Assembly (NCBI GenBank): GCA_964484505.1
Contig: CAZAFB010000001.1
Span: 9,974 to 73,973, forward strand
Length of the DNA stretch: 64,000 bases
Reading direction: 5' to 3'
From: an uncultured Bdellovibrionales bacterium
Lineage (GTDB): Bacteria; Patescibacteriota; Minisyncoccia; Moranbacterales; GWC2-37-73
Each line of letters begins with the position of its first letter. Position 1 is the stretch's first letter. Shown in pieces: positions 34,922 through 45,429 of this stretch. The notes below the pieces were generated by a model. It searched no databases and was not told the origin of the DNA. It was given only the letters and a program-made list of their open reading frames with translations. The translations under genes were made by a program, and so were the position numbers.

Positions 34922-36154
34922 ATGTTGGAACAAAAGTCAGAAAGTAAATCAAATGAACCAAACATAAAAAGATGCAAAAATAGAGTCGAAGCGGAAGTCG
35001 ATCCGCAGAAGTTGGCAGAGAAAAGGATTTTGCAAGCGGAAAATGAATTGCTTGAACTTGTTTTGGATGATCCTGAATCGCCGGATTTCAGATCGGTCGA
35101 ATTGACAGCTGGCACTGTAAAAAATTCACAAAGGATTGTCGAAATGAGAATAAAGGCGTTACAGTTACTTGATAATTATAAGTGCACTCTCAAGAAGATT
35201 GTTGCACTTAGTACGGCAGTGGTTGCTTTTAATGCGGCTGATAATTTAGACAAAAAAGAAGATCCTTGGCGTGATTTTTCGAAAAATACTGCTATAGCAC
35301 AAGCCGTGGAAAATTTGCCCCAAAAAAATAGGAGAAATTTTTTGGTAGGATATTTGAGTGGCAATGAATATTTTGGCAAGCTTCTGGAACAATTCGATGG
35401 CGATAGAAAAAAAGCTTTTACACAGCAAAGAAATCTTGTTAATTTTATTATAAATTGTGAAAATGAAAAAAACTTTGTTGATATAGAGAGAAGTCTTATA
35501 AAAGAAGTTAATGAAACGGAGAAGAGAATTATTTTTAAAAAAATTGAAGAGTTAAAAATTTTTATGATAAAACATATTGGTAGCGTTGAATATCTTCAGA
35601 AGCTCACTAAAGAATTCGGAGGAAACATAGAAAAAGCAAAAGATGTGCAAAAATATAGGATGGATTACTTAAAAAAAATAAAGTATAGTTTTATAGATGG
35701 AGACATTCAAAATCCCGCTTATTCACCTGAATGGCACAAGGCATATCTTTCTGGGAATAAATTCGATTATGACGCTGTTGTACACGAATTTTTTCATGCG
35801 AGTATCCCTTTCATGACAGAATTGCCGGAAAAAACCTTTTCTTTATTTAAGGAATCATTTCAAAAATCTGGCGATGAAAAAACAGATAGATATCTTGGTG
35901 ATATCAGAGAGAGAATTGCACGTAAGCAAGCATTTGATTTGGAGCTTGAAGATTTAGGGATAAAAAGATATGGAGAAAAATTTACAAAGAAGCATTACGA
36001 AATGATAATAGATGCTTATGTAAAAGGGAAGCTTTCTCCAGGTGGGCGTCAATTTGTTGAATCTACAAAGCTTAATTATGAATATTTCGAGAAAATATTC
36101 AATGAAATTGCGAAAAACGATTCAGGCTCACAAGATAGAACAATGTCTGCTTAA
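34922..36154 (+). CDS. Hypothetical protein with HExxH motif (possible zincin metallopeptidase)
   Basis: AVVHEFFHA plus downstream RERIAR; AT-rich coding sequence. Confidence 0.65.
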   Translation: MLEQKSESKSNEPNIKRCKNRVEAEVDPQKLAEKRILQAENELLELVLDDPESPDFRSVELTAGTVKNSQRIVEMRIKALQLLDNYKCTLKKIVALSTAVVAFNAADNLDKKEDPWRDFSKNTAIAQAVENLPQKNRRNFLVGYLSGNEYFGKLLEQFDGDRKKAFTQQRNLVNFIINCENEKNFVDIERSLIKEVNETEKRIIFKKIEELKIFMIKHIGSVEYLQKLTKEFGGNIEKAKDVQKYRMDYLKKIKYSFIDGDIQNPAYSPEWHKAYLSGNKFDYDAVVHEFFHASIPFMTELPEKTFSLFKESFQKSGDEKTDRYLGDIRERIARKQAFDLELEDLGIKRYGEKFTKKHYEMIIDAYVKGKLSPGGRQFVESTKLNYEYFEKIFNEIAKNDSGSQDRTMSA

Positions 36155-36163
36155 CTTAAAATA

Positions 36164-36202
36164 TTGATGATGCTGGTCAATGCGGCCGCATTGTCGATGT
36201 AT
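36164..36202 (+). repeat. Direct repeat copy 2 (displaced gene 3' end)
   Basis: Continues in frame as LMMLVNAAALSMYLKEGKKQ-stop. Confidence 0.92.
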
Positions 36203-36238
36203 TTGAAAGAAGGGAAAAAACAGTGAATTTCGATTGAT

Positions 36239-38062
36239 TTACAAAGCTTGCTGCTCGGGCAGTGAGTTTTTATATACCCTGATGTAATTTTGGGGGCGGT
36301 CAAGAATATCCATGCTCCAAGCAGGATTTTGTCCGTTTTTTTCAAACTGTTCTACCAGGGCGTCATACATCTTGGTTTGCCCGCGTTTGGTTATAACATA
36401 GTAGTCAATAGGATATTTTTCGTGGTCGAATCGGTTTTTAATAATGCACTTGCCGACAAAAAACTCACATGTGCCGCGGAAATCCGCCCAAACGGTAACA
36501 TTTTTGGCATCGGGAAGGGAATTGAGGAATTGAGCTGCTTGATAACCACCAAAACCCCAAGAATTGTTAGCAGGATATTGTTTGGGTAATAGCGGGGAGG
36601 CATAGGAATAATAAAACGGTTTCGAATTCCAAAGAGGTAGGAATAAAAATATTATTATGACAAGCGACAAAAGCAGGTTGTTTCTGTTTTTGGTAAAGAT
36701 GGGCAACCTGGATATTTCCGATAAACCTATGCCTGCAAGCAATGCGGCCACAGGAAAGAGAAATATTTCATAACGTGGTGTCAGCAGCACCCCTTCAAAA
36801 ATACCTCCAAAGAAAACCATCAAAATAAACAGAGTGAGGGAAATTTTTTCCAGCAATAAATCATCGGAAAATTTAAGAATTAATTTTAGCAGAGAAAAAA
36901 GCATCAGGAGCAATACGATCGGCGTAAGTGTGAAGACGAAAGGATATGTTTGCAAAAACAGTTTCGATAACGGAGGTTGGCTGGAGAAAATGGCATCATC
37001 TCTTGAATCTATGGGAACGCCGGACAGGTCGATTATGCCGTTGTGGGTGAGCCAATTCGATATCGTTAGCAGCAGCAATGATGAAAACAAAAGAATAAAT
37101 ATTTTTATTAAGGCCTTCTTATGTTTTTTCAGCGCGTTAACCGCGGAAGAGGTAATTTTACCGCTGTTGAAATGTGCATCTGCAAAAAGAAAAAGCAATA
37201 TTGCTCCCATAGGTAGCAGGAATGGTTTAAGTCCCGCAAAACCCAGGGTTCCTTTGTATAACAATTTTGTTTTTAGCAGGGCTGCCGGCATTAGGATCGC
37301 AAAAGTGGCAGTTGCTCCAGCTGCTATGAATATAAAATCAAGCACTCTCTTTTTCAAGTAATTGCTAAAATCAGTTTTGTGTTTGGCGATGAAATCATGA
37401 TTAAGAAAAATATCCAAAATTATGACGCTGAAATAAAACAAAAAGAGAATGTTGGCGACATATTTTGTCAGCAGGGAAAGTCCTGTAAAAAATGTTGTGA
37501 GCAATATCAATTTCCAAGAACGTTTTTTGATGTAGGCAAGATAGGTGAAGATTGCCGCTGCCGCAAAAGTCCACAAAAGCGAATCCGGGTTTACGATACG
37601 CGAGATTCCCAAAAGTATCGGTGACAGAACAATAAAAGCCGTTGCCCAAAGCGCGTCCTTGCCGTTTTTGAATATTTTACGCAGTATCCAAAAGAAATAT
37701 ATCGCGAAAAAACCGTTGAATAAAAAAACAGGAAGTCGATAAGTGGCGTATAGTTTTTCCGTTTTTTCCGCATGAAACGCGCTGAAAGTTTTGTCCGACT
37801 TGTCCATGTGACTTTTCGGTTGCGATTGAACAAGAAATGCCGGTAAATCAACCAAAGCCAAAGATACTCCCGGCTTATCGTTTATCGCCGTGTCCTTGAG
37901 AGTATTTGTTTTCAACGCTTGCCAATATTGGGGGATGCGCGTGTATATCCAATATTGTTCATCGGTGGTTACCGATTTGGTGAAGTGGAATGCGCCAAAA
38001 GCGAAATAAACAAACAGGATCAAAAACAGAAATATTTTTTCTAGATGTTTTTGTGCGATCAT
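36239..38062 (-). CDS. GT-C fold glycosyltransferase (ArnT/PMT-like)
   Basis: TTDE loop motif, DKPGV, SRIVNPD, LLTKY; many TMs. Confidence 0.82.
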   Translation of the reverse strand: MIAQKHLEKIFLFLILFVYFAFGAFHFTKSVTTDEQYWIYTRIPQYWQALKTNTLKDTAINDKPGVSLALVDLPAFLVQSQPKSHMDKSDKTFSAFHAEKTEKLYATYRLPVFLFNGFFAIYFFWILRKIFKNGKDALWATAFIVLSPILLGISRIVNPDSLLWTFAAAAIFTYLAYIKKRSWKLILLTTFFTGLSLLTKYVANILFLFYFSVIILDIFLNHDFIAKHKTDFSNYLKKRVLDFIFIAAGATATFAILMPAALLKTKLLYKGTLGFAGLKPFLLPMGAILLFLFADAHFNSGKITSSAVNALKKHKKALIKIFILLFSSLLLLTISNWLTHNGIIDLSGVPIDSRDDAIFSSQPPLSKLFLQTYPFVFTLTPIVLLLMLFSLLKLILKFSDDLLLEKISLTLFILMVFFGGIFEGVLLTPRYEIFLFPVAALLAGIGLSEISRLPIFTKNRNNLLLSLVIIIFLFLPLWNSKPFYYSYASPLLPKQYPANNSWGFGGYQAAQFLNSLPDAKNVTVWADFRGTCEFFVGKCIIKNRFDHEKYPIDYYVITKRGQTKMYDALVEQFEKNGQNPAWSMDILDRPQNYIRVYKNSLPEQQAL

Positions 38063-38079
38063 ATTTGAAAAAAATAATT

Positions 38080-40332
38080 TTATTTGGCTTCAAAGACCCT
38101 CACATATTGTCCCGGTCTTCCGTTGATTTCCAAATCAAACACGATATTTTCTTGCTGGTCGTAATATTTCCAAAATTGCAGTTTAGGATTGCTGTTGAGT
38201 TTTATTCGATTCTTGCTGATAGTGGTGGTGCGGCTATCTCTGCCGGAAGAAACAACCACATAGCTGATGTCGGCATTTTCAAGCTCGGCAAAAGAAAACC
38301 CGTCGAAACAACGCCCGACAAAAAAAGTGCAAACCCCTCTTTTATCGGTCCATATGGAAATGTTTTCAGCATCGGGAATGGTATTGAGAAATTGCGCGGC
38401 TTCATATGAACCCGTGCCCATGTCCTTAACGTCGATTATATATTGCGAGGGCAATAACTTGGAAGCATAGGCCAGATAAAAAGGTTTGTTATCTTGCAAA
38501 ACATATATTCCTGATATTGCAACAGCGGTCCATAATATCCAAAAAGAGTGACGTAACCTAAGCTTCGAAAGCAAAAAATCAAAACCGATCGCGGCCATTA
38601 TGAGAATAATAGGAAAAAGTATAATTTGATAACGTACGGGAGAGGCGACATTATTCACGGTTGTGCCAAGATAATAGAGCAAGACAAACAAAGAACAATA
38701 AATGATTGTCTTGAGGTGATTTTCTTGGGCAGCCGGCGTTTTTTTGCGTATCACTTCTATGATTGCATATAGCGAGGCAAATAGCGCCAAGGGCATGGTT
38801 GCAAAGATCAGTGGATAAAAATTAGCCAAAAATATTCCTATCATCTTGCTGCTTAGGTAGGAACTTTTTGGAGAAGAGAGAATTTGCTCAAAGTCAAAGG
38901 GATGCATGCCGCCATAGACATTGATAAAAGTGAAGATGATGGAAATTGATATGGCAATCAAAATTATCGAAGTTATAATTTGCTTTCTTTTTCTTAGAAA
39001 GAGCATTATCGGTCCGAGTATCTTGTTTTTGAGAAAGAGAGTATCAATAAGAAGCAGGGCGATGATGCCGATGAAGATAGGAGCAGTAGAAACGAAGGCT
39101 TGGCTTAGAAGAGTTCCTTTGAATAGTTTTTCAGGACGTACCCAAGTTGCCGGATAAAACGCATAGAAAGTAATCAAAGAAATAATTGTCACCGAAGCGA
39201 AATCAAGCAAGGCTCTTCTGAAATAAGCGGAAATATTCACAAAATCTTCTTTTTTGGAAAAGAAATATTCAAAAAAGACAAGACCGAAAAAGAATACGTA
39301 AATAATATTAGCAACATATTTGGTAAGCAGGGCCAACCCAAGTGATATTCCGGCAGCGAAAAGCATGGCACGATGGCGTTTTTTGAGATAGGCAAGGTAG
39401 GAGAAAAGAGCAAGCGAGCCAAAAGTCCAAAGCAAGCCATCAGGATTGATGAGTCGGGATATACCCAGAATGGGCGGTGAAAAGCCGATTAAGGCTATTG
39501 CAAAAAGGGTAACTTTTTTCCCCACGAATTGTTCCAGGACAATATATAGAAAAAAGAGCGTTAAAATGGAAAAAATAAGCAATGGCAAACGCAGAGCTTT
39601 GTTCATAACGGAAACATCCAAATCGGATTTTCGTTTACCCGTGCTCTTATAAAGCATGGGGTTTACTTTCAAAAGGCCGATACCTGAAATTGCCGCTACG
39701 GTTACGCCCGGTTTATCGCTGACCGTTGTGTTTTTCCAATCTTTTTCGCCGATATTTTTCCAAAATCCGGGAATGCGATCAAATGTCCAAAGCGGCTCAT
39801 CGACTGCGGCAAAATTGCCAATTTGATATGAGCCGAAAAATCCGGAGATAAACACGATCAAAATCAGCGCGCCGATATAGTAATTTCCTTGCTTGCGAAG
39901 CCATCCCCGAAAAGATTTGCGGCTTAGGCGAAATGAATCGAATTTCACATATTTCAGTATCAGATAGAGTCCGAAAGCCGCGATGTAAGCTCCCGTGAAA
40001 AAAAAGAAAATCCCCTTGGCTTGCACATTTGAATGAGTTATAAAAAGCCCGATTATGAGGGATATTTCCATCGGAAGCAATGATAAATATAGTTTTTTTG
40101 TAACTGCGAATAAGGAAAAACGGTTAATGTTGAAAAAAGCAAGAATTCCCAAGATGACGGAAGTAAAAATAAAAAAAAGAAAGTTCAAGATATTGGATGC
40201 TTGCAAAAAAACAGGCAAAAAGTTTGTTGATTTTCTTTCGGTATAAAAATACACCACCAAACTCAAGCTTAAGGCAGCTAAAGTGAGCAGAACATTTTCA
40301 GCTGAACGAAAGAAGGCGAAAAAATTACGCAT
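38080..40332 (-). CDS. GT-C fold glycosyltransferase (ArnT/PMT-like), paralog of neighbour
   Basis: AVDE, DKPGV, SRLINPD, LLTKY; extra N-terminal TMs. Confidence 0.82.
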   Translation of the reverse strand: MRNFFAFFRSAENVLLTLAALSLSLVVYFYTERKSTNFLPVFLQASNILNFLFFIFTSVILGILAFFNINRFSLFAVTKKLYLSLLPMEISLIIGLFITHSNVQAKGIFFFFTGAYIAAFGLYLILKYVKFDSFRLSRKSFRGWLRKQGNYYIGALILIVFISGFFGSYQIGNFAAVDEPLWTFDRIPGFWKNIGEKDWKNTTVSDKPGVTVAAISGIGLLKVNPMLYKSTGKRKSDLDVSVMNKALRLPLLIFSILTLFFLYIVLEQFVGKKVTLFAIALIGFSPPILGISRLINPDGLLWTFGSLALFSYLAYLKKRHRAMLFAAGISLGLALLTKYVANIIYVFFFGLVFFEYFFSKKEDFVNISAYFRRALLDFASVTIISLITFYAFYPATWVRPEKLFKGTLLSQAFVSTAPIFIGIIALLLIDTLFLKNKILGPIMLFLRKRKQIITSIILIAISISIIFTFINVYGGMHPFDFEQILSSPKSSYLSSKMIGIFLANFYPLIFATMPLALFASLYAIIEVIRKKTPAAQENHLKTIIYCSLFVLLYYLGTTVNNVASPVRYQIILFPIILIMAAIGFDFLLSKLRLRHSFWILWTAVAISGIYVLQDNKPFYLAYASKLLPSQYIIDVKDMGTGSYEAAQFLNTIPDAENISIWTDKRGVCTFFVGRCFDGFSFAELENADISYVVVSSGRDSRTTTISKNRIKLNSNPKLQFWKYYDQQENIVFDLEINGRPGQYVRVFEAK

Positions 40333-40421
40333 AAAGGATTGATTAATATGTCTTGTTAAGTTAAAATTATGAGTATAGAGAACGTTAAATATGGGTCAAT
40401 TCTAACAAAAAAAACCAATTT

Positions 40422-42236
40422 ATGGAAGCCGGACAATTTACCTCGAAAAAGATATTGATAAGCATATTGTTATTGTTTATTTTTGTCGGCATAGTTCTTC
40501 GCGCCTATAATTTCACGCCCTGGCTTCATTTTGAATTGGATCAGGCAAGGGATGCTAAGTTGGCCGATTTGGCCGTGGCGGAAGGTCCGGGAGAATTGCA
40601 ATTATTGGGGCCCAAAGCAGCCGGCACTTTTTTGCGCCTAGGGCCTATTTTTTATTATTTTCAATATTTGGGTGCTTTGATTTTCGGTGATACGCCGCAG
40701 GGAGTGGCATATCCTACTTTGTTTTTTGGCATTCTGACGATCCCGCTGGCTTATTTGTTTTTGCGCAGGTTTTTTAATATATCCACTTCTCTGGCGATTA
40801 TGGCAGTTGTTGCCTGTTCTCATCTTCTGGTGATGTATTCGCGTTTTGCTTGGAACCCTAATGCGATTCCGTTTTTCTTGTTGTTGACTTTTTATGCTTT
40901 GCTACGCTCAGTGGATATGCGCGAGAAGCATCGTGGCAGATGGTTTCTGATAGCGGCTGCTTCCGCAGCTGTTGCAACACAGCTCCACTTCCTTGTTTTT
41001 TTGTCATTGCCGGCAGCTATGGCATGTTTTCTTGTGATAAAAAGGCCGAAATTTTCTTGGAAGATATGGGGTGGGTCAATTCTGATAATTCTTTTCCTGT
41101 ATACTCCTGTAATTATCAACGATCTTAAAACGCATGGCGCAAACACCCAAGAATTTTTCAAGGCTATTACCAAAAAGTCTGAAAAGGCTGGCGGTGCATC
41201 GCACACCTTGGCTGATAAGGTAATTCGTTCATATATCGAAACTGCCAATGGCATTTCTCTTTTGGTGACTGGAAGAGAAAGCACTCAGATGCCTAAAATA
41301 GAGGTTTCTCGAAATATTGGATTTATTTCCATAACAAATAGAGGAGAGGGAACAAAGGATGTGCTTTTGGGGTGGCTGGCCTTGTTGGCCCTTTTGGTGA
41401 CTTTGATTTTGTTTGCGAGCAGGCTATCTTCCGAGCGGGAAAGGGCAAAAAAAGACATGCTGATTCTTGTCGGCATTTGGATTATCATATGTTTGGGACT
41501 TTTCGTGCCGCTTGCCTTTGATCTTTCGCCGCGTTTTTATTTGCTTCTGATGCCGTCGGCATTTTTCCTCCTGGCGCTTTTGATCGAGTTTATGGGAAAG
41601 CTTTTGCACTCAAAATATGTTTTTCTGATTTTTATTATTGCTGCATTGTGTTTGATGAACGTCTTTTATCTCAAAGATAGGTTTGATCAACTTTCCAAGG
41701 CCGACAAAGAGCAGATAGGTAACGTTACCGATCGTGTTTTGAAAGAACGCACCAGGGTTACGCTCGAACAGCAATATCAGATAGCTGAATATATCGAATC
41801 GATATATCGCACCAATAATCAGCCGCTGTATTTCAATAGCGAACCAGAATATCGTCGTGCGATACTTTATCATGTGGCAGAAAAAGGGATACCATATGAG
41901 GATCTTCGCACCACAAAAGTCTATCGCGAAGGAAATTATATATTGCTGTTTGTTACCAATGACAGCTTGGATAAAAAGGTTTCCAAATATGTCGATCGAT
42001 ATGATGTGATCGAAAAGAAATCTTTCGGCTCACTCACTCTGGTTCGGCTTTCGCCCAAAGAGGAAAAAATCGAAGCAGAAAAACAAATAGTCGAGCCGAA
42101 AAAAATAGAACGCAAAACATACGCTCCCGGTGTTCCCGTGCGCTATACCTGGAACGAAGTTTTCGAAGACCTTGGCGCCTCCAATGTTGATAATGCTGAT
42201 GATGAAGAAGGTGATAATGGAGACGGGGAACAGTAG
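40422..42236 (+). CDS. GT-C fold glycosyltransferase (ArnT/PMT-like)
   Basis: ELDQARD, LGPIFYY, YSRFAWNPN, TQLH motifs; many TMs. Confidence 0.82.
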   Translation: MEAGQFTSKKILISILLLFIFVGIVLRAYNFTPWLHFELDQARDAKLADLAVAEGPGELQLLGPKAAGTFLRLGPIFYYFQYLGALIFGDTPQGVAYPTLFFGILTIPLAYLFLRRFFNISTSLAIMAVVACSHLLVMYSRFAWNPNAIPFFLLLTFYALLRSVDMREKHRGRWFLIAAASAAVATQLHFLVFLSLPAAMACFLVIKRPKFSWKIWGGSILIILFLYTPVIINDLKTHGANTQEFFKAITKKSEKAGGASHTLADKVIRSYIETANGISLLVTGRESTQMPKIEVSRNIGFISITNRGEGTKDVLLGWLALLALLVTLILFASRLSSERERAKKDMLILVGIWIIICLGLFVPLAFDLSPRFYLLLMPSAFFLLALLIEFMGKLLHSKYVFLIFIIAALCLMNVFYLKDRFDQLSKADKEQIGNVTDRVLKERTRVTLEQQYQIAEYIESIYRTNNQPLYFNSEPEYRRAILYHVAEKGIPYEDLRTTKVYREGNYILLFVTNDSLDKKVSKYVDRYDVIEKKSFGSLTLVRLSPKEEKIEAEKQIVEPKKIERKTYAPGVPVRYTWNEVFEDLGASNVDNADDEEGDNGDGEQ

Positions 42237-42342
42237 CATGGCAGTGGGACTATTTTAATTCGTTGATATATAAATAACATTCTCACATTCTGCAGAATAC
42301 CAGAATGTTTTTTTGGTTAGAGCTCTTTGCATGAAGATGTAT

Positions 42343-43041
42343 ATGGAAGAATTTAATAATTTGCAAGCTGTGCTTTCGGAAAGGGCGGATGGTTCTATGC
42401 GTCTATTTTTTAATGAACCTATCGGTGAACAAAATGATGAAAATCGCGCAAGGTTTTTTGCAAAATGTGGGATTGAGCCCGGAAAAGTCGTGAGCGCTAG
42501 GCTGATTAATGGCACGAATGTAAAAATTATCAATGACCTGTCGCAAGCAAGAATTACAAACACGGATGGTTTGGTAACTGACAAAAAAGGAATTTTTCTT
42601 TCGCTCACGGTGGCTGATTGCATTCCGGTATATTTTTTTGATTCCCGAAAAGATATCATCGGCTTGGCGCATGCTGGTTGGCGGGGAATTGTAGGAGGAA
42701 TTATTGAAAATACAATTTCAAAAATGAAATCACTCGGCTCCGATCCAAGAGATATTTCCGTGCAGCTAGGACCGGGTATAAACGAATGTCATTTTGAAAT
42801 CAAAGAAGATATTTTGGATCAATTCAAAGGTTACGAGAAATTTATATTTAGGAAAAATGAAAAAATGTTCGTAGATCTCAAGGGAATCATATTAAAACAG
42901 CTCGAAAATGCTGGCATAAAAGTTGAAAATATCCAAAACGATCCCAATTGCACTTTTTGCTCTTCAAAATATTTCTCCTTTCGCCGTGACAAGCCACCAT
43001 TCACCGAAGCCATGATCGCAATAATCGGCATGCCAAATTGA
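42343..43041 (+). CDS. pgeF: Peptidoglycan editing factor PgeF / YfiH family
   Basis: DGLVT, VADCIPV, HAGWRG, GPGI, FSFRR. Confidence 0.92.
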   Translation: MEEFNNLQAVLSERADGSMRLFFNEPIGEQNDENRARFFAKCGIEPGKVVSARLINGTNVKIINDLSQARITNTDGLVTDKKGIFLSLTVADCIPVYFFDSRKDIIGLAHAGWRGIVGGIIENTISKMKSLGSDPRDISVQLGPGINECHFEIKEDILDQFKGYEKFIFRKNEKMFVDLKGIILKQLENAGIKVENIQNDPNCTFCSSKYFSFRRDKPPFTEAMIAIIGMPN

Positions 43042-43107
43042 AAAAGCTGACAGTTCGAAAAGTGTATGCGCTTTGATATAATCTGTAAAGGTTGTATAAT
43101 TTGCTTA

Positions 43108-44550
43108 ATGGAAATAGTTACAAAGAGTAGAAGAAGGTTGGCTAAAAAACTGGCATTTTTTCTTGCCGGAGCCTTTGTAATGTCCGGTTTGGTTTTTGGG
43201 GAAGTTGTTGATGTAATGGCTGAAACATATTCCATATATGTCGACGCTGGCGCTGATGATGACGGTGATGGCAGCAAAGAAAAGCCCTTCAAAGAAGTGA
43301 AAGATGCCGTTGAAGAATCGAAAAGTGGCGATAATATATACATCTACGCAGGCACGTATGATGGAAGTTTCAAAATACCCGCATCAGTCGGTCTTTTTGG
43401 ACAAAGTCGGGATAAGGTGAAAATAAAAGGAACGGTTACTGCCGCAAACGGCTCATCTGTCAAAGACTTAACAATCTCCGGTGGGGCGGCGGCTCTGACT
43501 GTCGAATCCGGTGCAACGGTCAGTGTGAAAAAGTGCATTATTCGCGATGCAACGAAAACTGGCATTGATGTCCAGCCTGGTAACGGCAAACTGACGGTTG
43601 AAAATACAAAGATAACGAACAACAACAAAGGCATCTATGCACAAAAGGGAAATCAATTAAAGGTTTCCGGTTCAACGATAACAAAAAACAAGGAAGAGGG
43701 AATAGATATTAGAAACAAGGTTGACGGATCGATTACGGGTAATGAAATTTCCAACAACGGAGAATCTGGCATTGAAATTATCCTTGGCAGCAGTGATATG
43801 AATATTGTCAACAACGCCATAAATAGTAACTCGGCCAGCGGAATCGCAGCCCAGTTCTATGCGGATTTCAGCAAAAAAGGAAAAGTTAAAGTTGATGACA
43901 ACAAGATAAAGAACAATAACCATTATGGGATAAAATGTGGCGCTCCCAGCGGGGGAAACGAGACTAAAAGGTATTGGGAAAAATCGCTGAATCTTAATGG
44001 AAATGTTTTTGGCGGAAATGATGAAGGGGATATTGCCGGCAGGTGCAGGATAACTCTTGATGATGAAAGTGATGAAAAAGTGAAGGAAAATGCTGCTGCT
44101 GCCGAGGAAAAAGAAAAAACTGAACCTATCGATAAAGCCGATCTGTCCGAGGAAGATGCGGAAGCAATAGTTCAGGCGGAGAGGGAATTTGTAGAATCGA
44201 TGCGAAATGAAGCCGGTTTGTTGCAACAAGAAATCATTTACAACCAAGAGGAAATAAATAAAAACAAATCTAATTTAGAAAAGAGGTATTCTTTTTTCTA
44301 TCTTATTTTCGGACCAAATCAGGAGGTTGTGAGTGAATCGGAAAGCAATCTCTTGATTTATGGGGAAAAACTTTCGCGTTTGCGTGAAATTTATTCCGAA
44401 ATTTCGGACGAAAATCTGAAAAATGAATTGAATTCTGCAATAGCTTCTTTCGAGGGGGATATTTTAGAAAAAGAAAATACCATAAATAACGCAAAAAATT
44501 CTTTGGGTTTCTGGTACCGTCTGAAAAATATGTTCGAATTTAGTTTCTGA
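43108..44550 (+). CDS. Secreted right-handed beta-helix (pectin-lyase-like) protein with C-terminal coiled coil
   Basis: IYVDAG..GDGSKEKPFK, GTY, repeated I.NN..GI units. Confidence 0.82.
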   Translation: MEIVTKSRRRLAKKLAFFLAGAFVMSGLVFGEVVDVMAETYSIYVDAGADDDGDGSKEKPFKEVKDAVEESKSGDNIYIYAGTYDGSFKIPASVGLFGQSRDKVKIKGTVTAANGSSVKDLTISGGAAALTVESGATVSVKKCIIRDATKTGIDVQPGNGKLTVENTKITNNNKGIYAQKGNQLKVSGSTITKNKEEGIDIRNKVDGSITGNEISNNGESGIEIILGSSDMNIVNNAINSNSASGIAAQFYADFSKKGKVKVDDNKIKNNNHYGIKCGAPSGGNETKRYWEKSLNLNGNVFGGNDEGDIAGRCRITLDDESDEKVKENAAAAEEKEKTEPIDKADLSEEDAEAIVQAEREFVESMRNEAGLLQQEIIYNQEEINKNKSNLEKRYSFFYLIFGPNQEVVSESESNLLIYGEKLSRLREIYSEISDENLKNELNSAIASFEGDILEKENTINNAKNSLGFWYRLKNMFEFSF

Positions 44551-44624
44551 TATTTTTTGTTTCTTCTTGCAAAAATATGAAAATTAAAAAACCGAGGAAG
44601 GGACTTTGCCTGCCTCGGTTTTTG

Positions 44625-44951
44625 TCAGAGTATTTCTTCCTCCGCTTTCTTTTTGGTTAAAAAATATCTGAACCAAAAAGCATTCCCAAATTCGAAAAGA
44701 GTCTCCGCAAAAAAATAGGTAGTCAAAATGACCAAAAAATCACCAAGAGACAAGTCATTAAAGTTCTTGACAGAGACCTCCAAAACTATCATGCAAATAG
44801 TTGCTACCAAAAGCACAATAAAGAGAAGTCTCTTTCGCTCTTTTTTATTCATACTGGCGTGTCCCAGGGCAATAACATAGCTCAGACAGACGCACATTAT
44901 GAACAATAATATGCAAGTACCCACCAATTCCGAATTTATTTCTAGAAGCAT
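44625..44951 (-). CDS. Small three-TM membrane protein
   Basis: SD GGAGGT; shared hairpin terminator 44587-44622. Confidence 0.65.
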   Translation of the reverse strand: MLLEINSELVGTCILLFIMCVCLSYVIALGHASMNKKERKRLLFIVLLVATICMIVLEVSVKNFNDLSLGDFLVILTTYFFAETLFEFGNAFWFRYFLTKKKAEEEIL

Positions 44952-45043
44952 TTGATACCTCCAATTGTTAATTTACTGCATCGATTATTATTAACACATT
45001 TTTGCTTTTTAGTAAAGAGTGTTGCGGGGCATATTTTGATAAG

Positions 45044-45072
45044 TTGACTTTTTCTTCAAAAAGTGATATAAT
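45044..45072 (+). promoter_or_regulatory. Sigma70 promoter
   Basis: TTGACT-17-TATAAT with TGn extension. Confidence 0.75.
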
Positions 45073-45131
45073 TGAAGAACGGTGGGAAGTAAAATCATTC
45101 AAATCTGTTCCTTGAAAGGGGGGCGAATAAG

Positions 45132-45311
45132 ATGACATGGGAAGAATTAGAATTTTGGTCTAAAAAGGGATTTTTCGTTCCATGGTCGGCTTTTGCTGTT
45201 GGAAAAGCCGAAAACATCAAACCGGCAAAAAAGGAAGTGGTCACCTATGACTCGGAATTGTTTCCGGTCGTGAAGGCGGCCATGAAAAGTAGCTTCTTTG
45301 TTATTCTTTGA
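45132..45311 (+). CDS. 59-aa hypothetical protein MTWEELEFWSKKGFFVPW... (not in ORF track)
   Basis: SD AAAGGGGGG, own promoter, terminator 45319-45348. Confidence 0.65.
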   Translation: MTWEELEFWSKKGFFVPWSAFAVGKAENIKPAKKEVVTYDSELFPVVKAAMKSSFFVIL

Positions 45312-45429
45312 TATTGATGACGGACGTGAAAACGCCCGTTTATTTTTTGAAAGAAAATTATTTCTAAGCAGTATTTAAAGGCAACAGCTCTTTTTAAAAT
45401 GAAACTCATTGACTCAACGAGTCAAATTC

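Noticed and set aside
34706-36163. Prophage or IS element
   Set aside because: No integrase, transposase, phage gene or terminal inverted repeat
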